Origin: a virus
Virus record (IMG/VR): IMGVR_UViG_3300050343_000220
Span: 5,138 to 69,137 of that record
DNA length: 64,000 bases
Direction: 5' to 3' (one strand)
In this document: piece after piece, positions 1 through 8,549 of the stretch
Position numbering within the stretch: the first letter of the stretch is position 1
Layout of the letters: every line of letters starts with the position of its first letter
The notes under the pieces: generated by a model
Databases searched by the model: none
What the model was told of the DNA's origin: nothing
Seen by the model: the letters and a program-made list of their open reading frames with translations, nothing else
Position numbers and translations under genes: made by a program

Positions 1-25
1 ATAGAGATAAAGAAGTGGTTCGACA

Positions 26-715
26 ATGGACGTCACAACTCAATTACTTAAGCAATATCAAACATATTCTGCGAGTGACAATACTAATCCAGATAGATAT
101 GCATCTAGCAAGTCACTAAACTATGCGACTGGTGCAAGTATTTCTAAAGCGGAAATCGCTGAAGTCAGTACTGTGCCCGTTACATTACAGTATGCAGATG
201 CTGTTGGATTATATGGCGTTGAAAATCATTTCATTAAAGTCAACTTAAATATCATTGGTGACAATGTGCAGAAAGAGTACATGGAACCAGGATACATTAA
301 AGCTGATATTAATTTTTTTGAGGAAGAGAATGATGTAGATTTCACAACTAGCAACCTTGACCAAGCTGGACCCGAGTTAGATGTAGGCTATAACTCTGCC
401 GCAACTCCGCCTAATAGGCTACCTGCGATTGGTTTAGATGCTTATTTAAGTATTGACTTAAAAAACCTCAAAGCATCAAACATGTATAACAATGCATACT
501 TAGACGTTCGTTTGTACACAAGCGAACATGAAGAGCATCCCCACGACCTGATGTATATCAAGCCACGTGACTTCTTTTATGTAGGCGTACACGCCAGAAA
601 CACTAGGCGCTTGCCATACAACATTCAGATTGATATTGGTAATGAATATAAATCACTCGAATCGATAAGTGACAAGAGTTATATCATGAAAACTTCTGAC
701 CGTCCTAGTTTCTAA
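26..715 (+). CDS. hypothetical phage protein (structural region)
   Basis: 229-aa ORF convergent with 712..1209; no motif recognised. Confidence 0.6.
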   Translation: MDVTTQLLKQYQTYSASDNTNPDRYASSKSLNYATGASISKAEIAEVSTVPVTLQYADAVGLYGVENHFIKVNLNIIGDNVQKEYMEPGYIKADINFFEEENDVDFTTSNLDQAGPELDVGYNSAATPPNRLPAIGLDAYLSIDLKNLKASNMYNNAYLDVRLYTSEHEEHPHDLMYIKPRDFFYVGVHARNTRRLPYNIQIDIGNEYKSLESISDKSYIMKTSDRPSF

Positions 716-1209
716 TCTTCTTTTTTAATAGCAGACTTATATTCTTTAGTAACTACTTTTTTTGAAGACTTTGTTTTTGGTGGAGTTGGTGCCTTAACCG
801 CTTGCTTAATTGCAAAGGTAGGTTTAGTCGCTGCATCATGAGGCTTGACCGTCATGACCTTGCCACCACTCATAGTTGGCAGAACATAATGCTCTACAAG
901 CTGTAGATCCTGAGTAAACAAGGCTGCACGCGTTACATTGCGAGATGCATAGAACGCAAAGTTCAATTCACCGTCGTGGTCAATACGCACAAAAGTACCG
1001 TTCGTAGACGCAACAGCAAGTTTCATCTTCTCGCCTTTTGCTGTCACATCAAAAATGGTGCAGTCAACATACTGAACTCCATTTGTTCCGTGCCACCATT
1101 CTTTGATCTTGTGAGTATCACCACCCCGCTTGGGACGAGTAAGCAAGAGTTCCTTGCCGGTGTGTTTTTTAACATCTTTCACACCATTAAGAATAAGACT
1201 ATCAGCCAT
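712..1209 (-). CDS. hypothetical protein with Lys-rich tail; paralogue of 24000..24377
   Basis: 165-aa ORF; shares PK...WW...Y..C pattern with 24000..24377. Confidence 0.65.
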   Translation of the reverse strand: MADSLILNGVKDVKKHTGKELLLTRPKRGGDTHKIKEWWHGTNGVQYVDCTIFDVTAKGEKMKLAVASTNGTFVRIDHDGELNFAFYASRNVTRAALFTQDLQLVEHYVLPTMSGGKVMTVKPHDAATKPTFAIKQAVKAPTPPKTKSSKKVVTKEYKSAIKKED

Positions 1210-1585
1210 TTTTGCTATTACAACTTTCTTCTATTTTAGTCCATTTAAGATTACAAGCAGAGTTGTTGTGTTTATGTCCGTCAACGTGTGCGACACGACT
1301 ACATGCTTTTGTTCTACCAGGCATTGTCAGTGGAGGTTTTAAAAATGCGAGGGCAACTAATTTATGCACTGTGACAGTTACGGTTCTTTTTCTCCCAATC
1401 CTTTGAGTAAGATTGACCTGCATATAACCGTTCTTATTTTTACGTTGCTTTAGAAGCTTTTCGGCCTTACCTTTTGTGCTTTTGATTTCACCTACTGAGT
1501 TGATGTAATACTCAATGCAGCATTCATATCCAGGAAGGAGATGTATAGGTGTCCAAATTTTATCATCTATAAATTCCATAACCAC
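1202..1585 (-). CDS. HNH homing endonuclease (NUMOD4-like N-terminus)
   Basis: VHKLVALAFL...VAHVDGHKHNNSACNLKW is an HNH signature; inverted relative to the capsid gene. Confidence 0.8.
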   Translation of the reverse strand: MVMEFIDDKIWTPIHLLPGYECCIEYYINSVGEIKSTKGKAEKLLKQRKNKNGYMQVNLTQRIGRKRTVTVTVHKLVALAFLKPPLTMPGRTKACSRVAHVDGHKHNNSACNLKWTKIEESCNSKNG

Positions 1586-1691
1586 AAAATATTGGGGTAT
1601 ATAGTTAAAAGTATAGCAATAACAAGTACTATCGTTATATGTGACTAAGTCGAAGTCACTTATAAACTTTTAGCTTACGGAGTATTAATCC

Positions 1692-2840
1692 ATGTGGATT
1701 GATAATGATTTTCCGAAGCTTCTTGGTGCAGAACTTTACCGTCCTCATCCTGCCTACATCATTGAGATGGCAGTTGAGCCAGTAGTTGTACACGATTTCT
1801 CTAAGCAGCCCGGCCAGACCGTACAGCTTGATCGTTACCGCTTCTGGGGTAAGCCTGGTACTAAGGAGTCCCGTGAGCGGACTGCTGATCAAACACTTGG
1901 ATCCGCCTCCGCACGCAACATCGTTAAGGACAAAGTGCTCGTGACTCTTCGTGAGTACACCGGCCCTGCTGATTCTCGCGATGCTTCACAGCCTTCTACT
2001 TTCAAGGTGGCTCGTGAAACCCTGATCACTGCTCAGCGTCTGCTGCTTGATACCGGCAACCTGAATGTCTTCCACCAGAGCATTGGTTCTTTGACCTTGC
2101 TGGATGACTATCGCCGTTGGCGTGATCGTGTCTTCGCAAACGAACTGCTGAAGGCAGAAGCTGCTGGTCAAGCCAGCAAAGATCAAGGTGGTTACTACCT
2201 GCCCGGCGGTAAGGCCAAGGGCGGTGCTGGTGGCACCTTGGGTGTGACTTACGCCGCTGGCGAGTCCGCCAAATTCGATGTCAAGACTGACCTTCTCGAA
2301 GTGGTCAAGGACATGCGTAAGCGCAACGTTCCTACCTTCGCTGATGGTTACTACCGCTGCATCGTGGATCCAACCGCAATGATGCACCTGCGTCAGAACG
2401 CCGACTTCCGCGAGATTGCACGTTATCCGGGTCAAGGGATTGTTAATCCTATGAACCCTGCTGAGGCTCCCAACGCCAACTTCTACCAAGGTATGGGACC
2501 TGCTTACGGTCAAGCTGGCTTTGTTGCCGGTCAGCCCGTTATGCCTACTGGCTTCCTCTTTGAGGGTGTCCGTTGGTTCGAGTCCACCAACCTGCCAGAA
2601 ACTACTTACAACCTGGTTGTAACTGATGAGGCCGGTGGCGCTGCTGATTACACAGCTTCGCAACTTGTCTTCTTCGGTCCTCAGGCCGTGGGTGTGGGTA
2701 TTGGTGGTAACAACGCTCAGATTCTGTTGAACAACAACGACGACTTCAGCCGTTTCATCATCATGATCTGGTCGCTGTTTGCCGGTTTTGAAACGCTTAA
2801 TCGCGATTTCATTACGGTTGGTTACTCTTTCGTTTATTGA
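1692..2840 (+). CDS. major capsid protein
   Basis: 382 aa, strongly biased codon usage, capsid-like motifs (KQPGQTVQLDRY, GVRWFESTNLP), followed by one gene and a strong terminator. Confidence 0.8.
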   Translation: MWIDNDFPKLLGAELYRPHPAYIIEMAVEPVVVHDFSKQPGQTVQLDRYRFWGKPGTKESRERTADQTLGSASARNIVKDKVLVTLREYTGPADSRDASQPSTFKVARETLITAQRLLLDTGNLNVFHQSIGSLTLLDDYRRWRDRVFANELLKAEAAGQASKDQGGYYLPGGKAKGGAGGTLGVTYAAGESAKFDVKTDLLEVVKDMRKRNVPTFADGYYRCIVDPTAMMHLRQNADFREIARYPGQGIVNPMNPAEAPNANFYQGMGPAYGQAGFVAGQPVMPTGFLFEGVRWFESTNLPETTYNLVVTDEAGGAADYTASQLVFFGPQAVGVGIGGNNAQILLNNNDDFSRFIIMIWSLFAGFETLNRDFITVGYSFVY

Positions 2841-2856
2841 TAGGAGCTAACTAACT

Positions 2857-3498
2857 ATGTCCGTAATTTTTCCCGGTAATTATGTAGCCCACCTGAACGC
2901 ATATCGCGAACAGGGTGTTGAGGCTCTCCCAGGTGTTGAGTTCTACCGCATCGTCGGTGCACTCGTCCTAGATCCTGACAACGCTGGAACTCTTTCCGGT
3001 GGTGTTCTGTCAGCTGGCACCTACAACCTGAAGGTTCTGTCCCCTGACCTCCGTCAGGATGACAAGCCCCGTACTGATAAAGCATTCGTGATCCCTAAGG
3101 ATTCCGTTGTTTATCGCACTGCATTGAACGCACCTGGCGTCAAAGCTGCTGCATCTGGTAACACCGTCAAGATCGTTGCTCTTGGTAGTAACGCTCCTGG
3201 TGACACTGGTAGTGAAGTAACTCTGACCGCAGGCACTGACAAGTTCTTCCCTGCGAATGGCGCTGCCTCCGCAATGTTGGGCATTATCAATGGCACTGCA
3301 GTCAGCACCTCTGCTGACACTGCTGTTCAAGTCATCACTTCTGCCAACTTCACTGCTGAGCAGAACCCTTCTGCCGGTGCAGACCGTAATAGCCCCTCCG
3401 CCATCTTGGTCGAGATTTGCTACTACCGTCCCGCTCCCGCACCTGACACCAGTGATGCTCATATTCCTTTCGGAATTGAAGCTGGTCAAGGCACCTGA
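2857..3498 (+). CDS. putative capsid decoration / minor capsid protein
   Basis: GGAG RBS, co-transcribed with the capsid gene, same codon bias, Ala/Gly/Thr-rich. Confidence 0.55.
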   Translation: MSVIFPGNYVAHLNAYREQGVEALPGVEFYRIVGALVLDPDNAGTLSGGVLSAGTYNLKVLSPDLRQDDKPRTDKAFVIPKDSVVYRTALNAPGVKAAASGNTVKIVALGSNAPGDTGSEVTLTAGTDKFFPANGAASAMLGIINGTAVSTSADTAVQVITSANFTAEQNPSAGADRNSPSAILVEICYYRPAPAPDTSDAHIPFGIEAGQGT

Positions 3499-3519
3499 TA
3501 ATCAATATCAGATAACAAG

Positions 3520-3545
3520 AGCGTCTCTTATGAGGCGCTTTTTTT
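3520..3545 (+). terminator. intrinsic terminator after capsid operon
   Basis: AGCGTCTC-ttat-GAGGCGCT stem followed by a T run. Confidence 0.85.
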
Positions 3546-3579
3546 GTGCCTATAATATGAAAAGGAATACCCCAAAAAT

Positions 3580-4014
3580 ATGGCTGAACAAAAGTTATTT
3601 CAAGATAGTAAGACTGGCAAACTAGTTGAGTTTATCAGTACTCACGATAAAGAATTTGCGATGGTAAAAGATGCTGGAGGTAACGTCACATTTATGACAT
3701 TGGAACAACTTGTACCCTATGACCGTGAAAAAGGTCGGATGGTCAAGATTGCACAATTAGAACAGGAACTACCAGAAGAGCCACTGCCTGATCCAATTGT
3801 TCCTATTGAAGATATGCGATTGAATCTGAACGCAGCTCCTGCTGAACAGATTGCAAAACGCCTACCTGGTGTGGGCTTTGCTACAGCTAAAAAAATTGTT
3901 GAACTACGTATGTCTTTGAGTGGCGAACGCTTTGCTAATCTCAAACAACTTGAGAATATTCCACGAGTTAACTGGGACCAACTAATTGAAGAGGACTTAA
4001 TCTTTATTAGTTAA
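3580..4014 (+). CDS. helix-hairpin-helix (ComEA-like) DNA-binding protein
   Basis: LNLNAAPAEQIAKRLPGVGFATAKKIVELR...FANLKQLENIP. Confidence 0.75.
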   Translation: MAEQKLFQDSKTGKLVEFISTHDKEFAMVKDAGGNVTFMTLEQLVPYDREKGRMVKIAQLEQELPEEPLPDPIVPIEDMRLNLNAAPAEQIAKRLPGVGFATAKKIVELRMSLSGERFANLKQLENIPRVNWDQLIEEDLIFIS

Positions 4015-4035
4015 ACTAGTATTACCAAAGAAAGT

Positions 4036-4482
4036 GTGGTAATGGCAATTAACCTAGAAGATGCGTTACTAGCTAAGGCGCAATTAGATCAACAAAACCA
4101 AATGGGTATGGGAACTGCTGCCTTATTAGGTGGTGGTGCTGGTGCTTTAGTAGGCGCTACTGCAGGCGCTGTCCCACATTCCATTGGACTACAAATTAAT
4201 AAATTAAAAGATCGTCTAGCAGAAGGGCAAGGACTAGTACGAGGTCCAATGCAGAAAGTAAAAACAGCAGTAAGACCAGGTCCTCGCATGGCAGGTGGAT
4301 TAGTCGGTGCACTCTTAGGTGGTGGATTAGGGGCAGCTGCACAACAAGCTGCTATGCAAAATTCACCAGCTGCCGTGCTGTTAGCCAAACTACAGACCGA
4401 GGGATCACTAAGTCCGTCTGAAACTCAGCAACTTCAATCTGTTCTTGCTGATACGTACAGCAACATCACAGGAATTGCGTAA
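4036..4482 (+). CDS. Gly/Ala-rich protein, possible virion/ejection protein
   Basis: two glycine-zipper-like hydrophobic segments. Confidence 0.55.
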   Translation: MVMAINLEDALLAKAQLDQQNQMGMGTAALLGGGAGALVGATAGAVPHSIGLQINKLKDRLAEGQGLVRGPMQKVKTAVRPGPRMAGGLVGALLGGGLGAAAQQAAMQNSPAAVLLAKLQTEGSLSPSETQQLQSVLADTYSNITGIA

Positions 4483-4979
4483 TGGAACTAGACGATTATC
4501 TAAAATCAAAAACTAGATTTCACCTTGGATTTAATGCAGGAGCACAGATCCCTGCAGGTGATCGCTCTCGTTTAGAAGAGGCCATGGCGCTTGTACCAGA
4601 TAACTATTGGTATGAGCAGATTGCTTATCACATCAAACGTTGTGACATTGCATGGAGAGCGAGTGCTGCCATTCCAGATGACTACTTTGATGCAGGTGGT
4701 AGAAGGACGCTCAACCCATCACGTCAAGAGATTATTTCTGGAGACGTAGATCGAGTAATTAATACTTCTGATCCTCTTAAAGGTGATGAGTATTTTCGAG
4801 AAATTTATTTGCGAGAAGTAGATCGATTAGCAGAAACCTTGTACGTTCCAAACTATCGACGACCAGAAACAAGACGATATGCATTTGAACGTGCTGGTGC
4901 AGAGTTTATCTTGGCAGTACCAGGCCCTGCAGATACAGCAGTTGGCACAAGGATGATGCTAAGCACAAGTTGGTGTTAA
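4482..4979 (+). CDS. hypothetical structural protein
   Basis: 165-aa ORF translationally coupled to the upstream gene (TAATG). Confidence 0.6.
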   Translation: MELDDYLKSKTRFHLGFNAGAQIPAGDRSRLEEAMALVPDNYWYEQIAYHIKRCDIAWRASAAIPDDYFDAGGRRTLNPSRQEIISGDVDRVINTSDPLKGDEYFREIYLREVDRLAETLYVPNYRRPETRRYAFERAGAEFILAVPGPADTAVGTRMMLSTSWC

Positions 4980-5014
4980 GTGTAGAATAGTCTTAGGATT
5001 TAAACCATACAATT

Positions 5015-5320
5015 ATGCATGCCGTAAATACACACGGTGCTCCTAAAATTACCATGAATAGTCAGGAAGCTGACTATCAGATGAAGCTTAAGCAAGCACA
5101 GGCTCAAGCAGACGGTAATCCTTATGTTGGAGGAGTACAACCAGAAACAAGCACTGGTGAACCCATGCCTGACGAAAGGTTTGAAAAACCTCAATCTGAA
5201 GCACCACAACAAAATGATATGGCTTCTGACGCATTAGACAGAAAGCTGGCTATGTATCGGAATGCTGTTGGTAATTCAGATGATGGTAACAATGATCGTC
5301 AACAAACTACGAGGATTTGA
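5015..5320 (+). CDS. hypothetical protein
   Basis: ORF preceded by TAGAATAG motif. Confidence 0.55.
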   Translation: MHAVNTHGAPKITMNSQEADYQMKLKQAQAQADGNPYVGGVQPETSTGEPMPDERFEKPQSEAPQQNDMASDALDRKLAMYRNAVGNSDDGNNDRQQTTRI

Positions 5321-5841
5321 TAATGGCTAGAAGTAAAGTACAACAGAACTCAATCAACCTAGATCCTAATCGGGAGAAGATCTCAGTCAATATGTCATTG
5401 ACACCTGGAGATCCTTCAACACAGATGAACAATCCAGACAACGTTCTTAATTTTGGTCCACAGCTTAGTGCTATGCCTCAGGGACCAAATGGATTGACTG
5501 TGAATAAGTTTCCTTATCAAGATAAGGGTCTAGTCAATGCAACTCAATTGGGAGCTATTGACCCTGCAATGGTCGGACGTTCACAAGTTCCTACGTCAAT
5601 GCCACTTGGCCGTGGCTATCAAGGTAATACACCATTTGGAGCCGTGAACACTTTGCAAGCTCCTGCCGACTATATGGCAGCAGTAGGCATTAACACAGGG
5701 CCAGGAATGGCAGATAAACCACAAAGTGCAATGGGCCTAACTGGTCAGCCAGCAATGATGCCGGATCCAATGGCAATGGTGCCTGGTAGCACTAAAACAA
5801 CTATTGCCAAGAAAGGTAAATCAAACAAAGGTAATGCATAA
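5317..5841 (+). CDS. hypothetical Pro/Met/Gly-rich protein
   Basis: ORF in coupled operon, basic C-terminus. Confidence 0.55.
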   Translation: MIMARSKVQQNSINLDPNREKISVNMSLTPGDPSTQMNNPDNVLNFGPQLSAMPQGPNGLTVNKFPYQDKGLVNATQLGAIDPAMVGRSQVPTSMPLGRGYQGNTPFGAVNTLQAPADYMAAVGINTGPGMADKPQSAMGLTGQPAMMPDPMAMVPGSTKTTIAKKGKSNKGNA

Positions 5842-6350
5842 TGGCTTCTACATCTACTAATAAGCAACCGTTACTAGTCGATAATGTATTGCATTCAATC
5901 GTTGACCTACAAGGTGCAACTGTTGAACAAACATCCGTAATCACAATTGGTGGTTCGAACGGTGCAAAATTAATTGTTGATTGTACATCAAATGATGGAG
6001 CTATCATCGGTGAAATATATGCACTAGCTCGTCAGACAACTACTGCATATACCATTAATTTGTATTTTGCAAGCACAACAACACAGCTATCGCCCGGTGA
6101 TGCGTTGTTCGTTGGAACCTTTAATGGTGGGACAACTGAAGGAATTAAAACAGTATATGGCGCATTGCCATATGTTTTAAATCCAGTGCCCGGAGTAGGT
6201 TCAACGGATTCAGGTATTGTAATTGGAACACAATTTCAAGCACTGTACATACCTAAAGGCAAAGCACTATGGGCTGCAGTTAAGAAACAAAGTGCTAATG
6301 ACACTGCTACCGAAGCTCCACTGCTTGGTGCACACGGAGGATTCTATTAA
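5841..6350 (+). CDS. hypothetical virion protein
   Basis: 169 aa, beta-rich, TAATG coupling at both ends. Confidence 0.55.
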   Translation: MASTSTNKQPLLVDNVLHSIVDLQGATVEQTSVITIGGSNGAKLIVDCTSNDGAIIGEIYALARQTTTAYTINLYFASTTTQLSPGDALFVGTFNGGTTEGIKTVYGALPYVLNPVPGVGSTDSGIVIGTQFQALYIPKGKALWAAVKKQSANDTATEAPLLGAHGGFY

Positions 6351-8239
6351 TGCCAAGAAAGCAAAACGGCTTTGGTAACCCAAGTAATTTTGCTTTTAAA
6401 TCCTTTGGTCGTTTAGATAAAGGCAAAGGAGCTGGTGCTGTAGGGTATTACCCTGGTGACCGTCAATTTGGTTCAATTGTTCAACGCTCTGTCATTGAGA
6501 AATGGAACTTAGATAGTGATTGGGTAAAATGGCGCAAAGGGTTTGAAATATACAATAGAGCTGCTTGGGAACGATTAAAAATCAAAGATCCAACATATAA
6601 TCCATTTGCAGAGACTACAGAGACAAATAAGCCTTTTAAAAATGCATTAATAACCTCAACCCTGTTTAAAGGATTGCCGTATGAAATAGAGAATACATTT
6701 GTGGGGTATGAGTATCCAACAGCAAATGCTGATTCAAATACTTATTATGTAGTCAAGAAAAATCAAGAGAGCAAAACTCTTGGGACAATTACTAGTATTT
6801 ACAATAATCCTCAAACCTATCCTGACAACAGGTTGAATCATGAGGTGTATGTAAAAATAAATCCAGACGCAACAAACAAAAGTCTTCTAGTCCAAATGAT
6901 TGGTGATCGCTTATCAGATGGACCATTAACGCAAAACAATAGAACCGAGGCAACACTTAAGAGAGTGCTCACTTCCGATGAATTACCAAGTGTATATAAC
7001 GGTAAGACATTGCTAAAAATCCAAGAGAACACAATTAACTTTACTCAAGAAAAAACAACCATTAAAGTAAAAATCCCTATATCAGACATATCATTATCAT
7101 CAAGCACTGGAGAGTTCACTCCTAACCAGGGTATTAACTACAGGGAAAAGGACGATCCAGCCCAACTTGATATATTGAATAATCCAGAATTGCTTGATGG
7201 ACGAGTGATTTACGTCGATAATTTTTTTATTGAAAAACAGATAGCTAATTTAGACATAGCCACCTATTCGGATGACAGCTATTATTTTCAGTTGAAACTA
7301 AAGGAAACTGAATCAGGACAAAAATTAGTTGCTTTAGATCAAGGTGTTAACGCTTTGCCTCCTGCAATGCTTGACCTCACAGGGCTGCCCACAGTCTTTA
7401 GTACTACAAATGCAGAGCTAACAATTGAGGGTTCGTATGTGTTTAATAAGGCTGATTATCAACGATACTTTCCCGGTATTTATTTTGATGCAGCATTTAT
7501 TGGAGACAAAGTAGAATCAATTTCATACTCGATACTTCCATTTATAGTTAAAAAAAGTGATATTGTAAATGGTAATTTTATCTTTGAAGCAATACCGTAT
7601 TTCTCGGAAATTAGTTTGTACCCAAGTTTAGATGATGGAACGACATTAGTTTTCTCAGACAACAGTTTTGCTAAGACTTTTACGACTGATACTAAATGGA
7701 CGAACTTAGACACGGATGTAGATCCTTGGATGGATGATGTGTTTTCTATAGGTGCAACCCTTACACCTGCAAATATGTATTCTTGTAGTTGTCCGAATTT
7801 TTCGCAATCATTATTGAGCATGCCTCAATCAAATCAGAATGAGGATACACGAAAAACAAATAGACAGAATCGTTATCCCTTACCAACAGCACAAAGTCAA
7901 AATGACTATCAAGCCTCTGGTCAATCAGTTGTAGCTGGCAAAGCAAATAGCTGGGAATCAGAAGCGCATCGCTTAAGTTTTAAACTATGCAAGCATACAA
8001 TTGCCACGATGTTCAATGAGAATATCAAAGTCATAGAACCAAATAAATATCCTACGTTAGAAGCGCGTGAGGGTTTTGAGGAGAAGCTTGCAAAAAATAT
8101 ACAGGAAACATATGATAACTTTGATCGCTCATATAGGCGCACGGGTATTTCTATATCAGAGATAGTTTTTTCATTATCAAAAGCTTTAAATCTAAACTCT
8201 ACTAAAACTGCTTATATGGTGTTTGATGGCAAGCAATAA
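6350..8239 (+). CDS. large protein with C-terminal SWIM-type zinc finger
   Basis: YSCSCPNF...LCKH motif. Confidence 0.6.
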   Translation: MPRKQNGFGNPSNFAFKSFGRLDKGKGAGAVGYYPGDRQFGSIVQRSVIEKWNLDSDWVKWRKGFEIYNRAAWERLKIKDPTYNPFAETTETNKPFKNALITSTLFKGLPYEIENTFVGYEYPTANADSNTYYVVKKNQESKTLGTITSIYNNPQTYPDNRLNHEVYVKINPDATNKSLLVQMIGDRLSDGPLTQNNRTEATLKRVLTSDELPSVYNGKTLLKIQENTINFTQEKTTIKVKIPISDISLSSSTGEFTPNQGINYREKDDPAQLDILNNPELLDGRVIYVDNFFIEKQIANLDIATYSDDSYYFQLKLKETESGQKLVALDQGVNALPPAMLDLTGLPTVFSTTNAELTIEGSYVFNKADYQRYFPGIYFDAAFIGDKVESISYSILPFIVKKSDIVNGNFIFEAIPYFSEISLYPSLDDGTTLVFSDNSFAKTFTTDTKWTNLDTDVDPWMDDVFSIGATLTPANMYSCSCPNFSQSLLSMPQSNQNEDTRKTNRQNRYPLPTAQSQNDYQASGQSVVAGKANSWESEAHRLSFKLCKHTIATMFNENIKVIEPNKYPTLEAREGFEEKLAKNIQETYDNFDRSYRRTGISISEIVFSLSKALNLNSTKTAYMVFDGKQ

Positions 8240-8281
8240 AGATATACGTTATCGTGAGGAATAAGAGTAAGATAGATTCTT

Positions 8282-8512
8282 ATGTTTAAGTCAGAAGATT
8301 ATCAGCTTCCGCTTGAAAAAGTACTTACACTAAGAGTAATTACTGATGATATTGAGTCATGCAAAGACGTTGGGGTACTACAGAATAGTCTGAAAGATAC
8401 GACCAAATTACTAATGACTTATCAGCATATGCTTGGAAAGGTCTTGCAAGATCAGATACATGCAAATTTAGCCAAGATGTTTGATGAAGATAGTATAAAT
8501 GATAAAAGCTAA
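8282..8512 (+). CDS. NblA-like small helical protein
   Basis: QLPLEKVLTLRVITDDIE...L..LLM pattern resembles the NblA N-terminal helix. Confidence 0.4.
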   Translation: MFKSEDYQLPLEKVLTLRVITDDIESCKDVGVLQNSLKDTTKLLMTYQHMLGKVLQDQIHANLAKMFDEDSINDKS

Positions 8513-8549
8513 AATAGATATATCAAGAAGATAGTCTAGGGCGTTCTCG

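Noticed and set aside
1986-3489. Long antisense ORFs over the capsid genes (likewise 8945..9532, 19451..20005, 58195..58677)
   Set aside because: Shadow ORFs produced by the codon bias of the real genes
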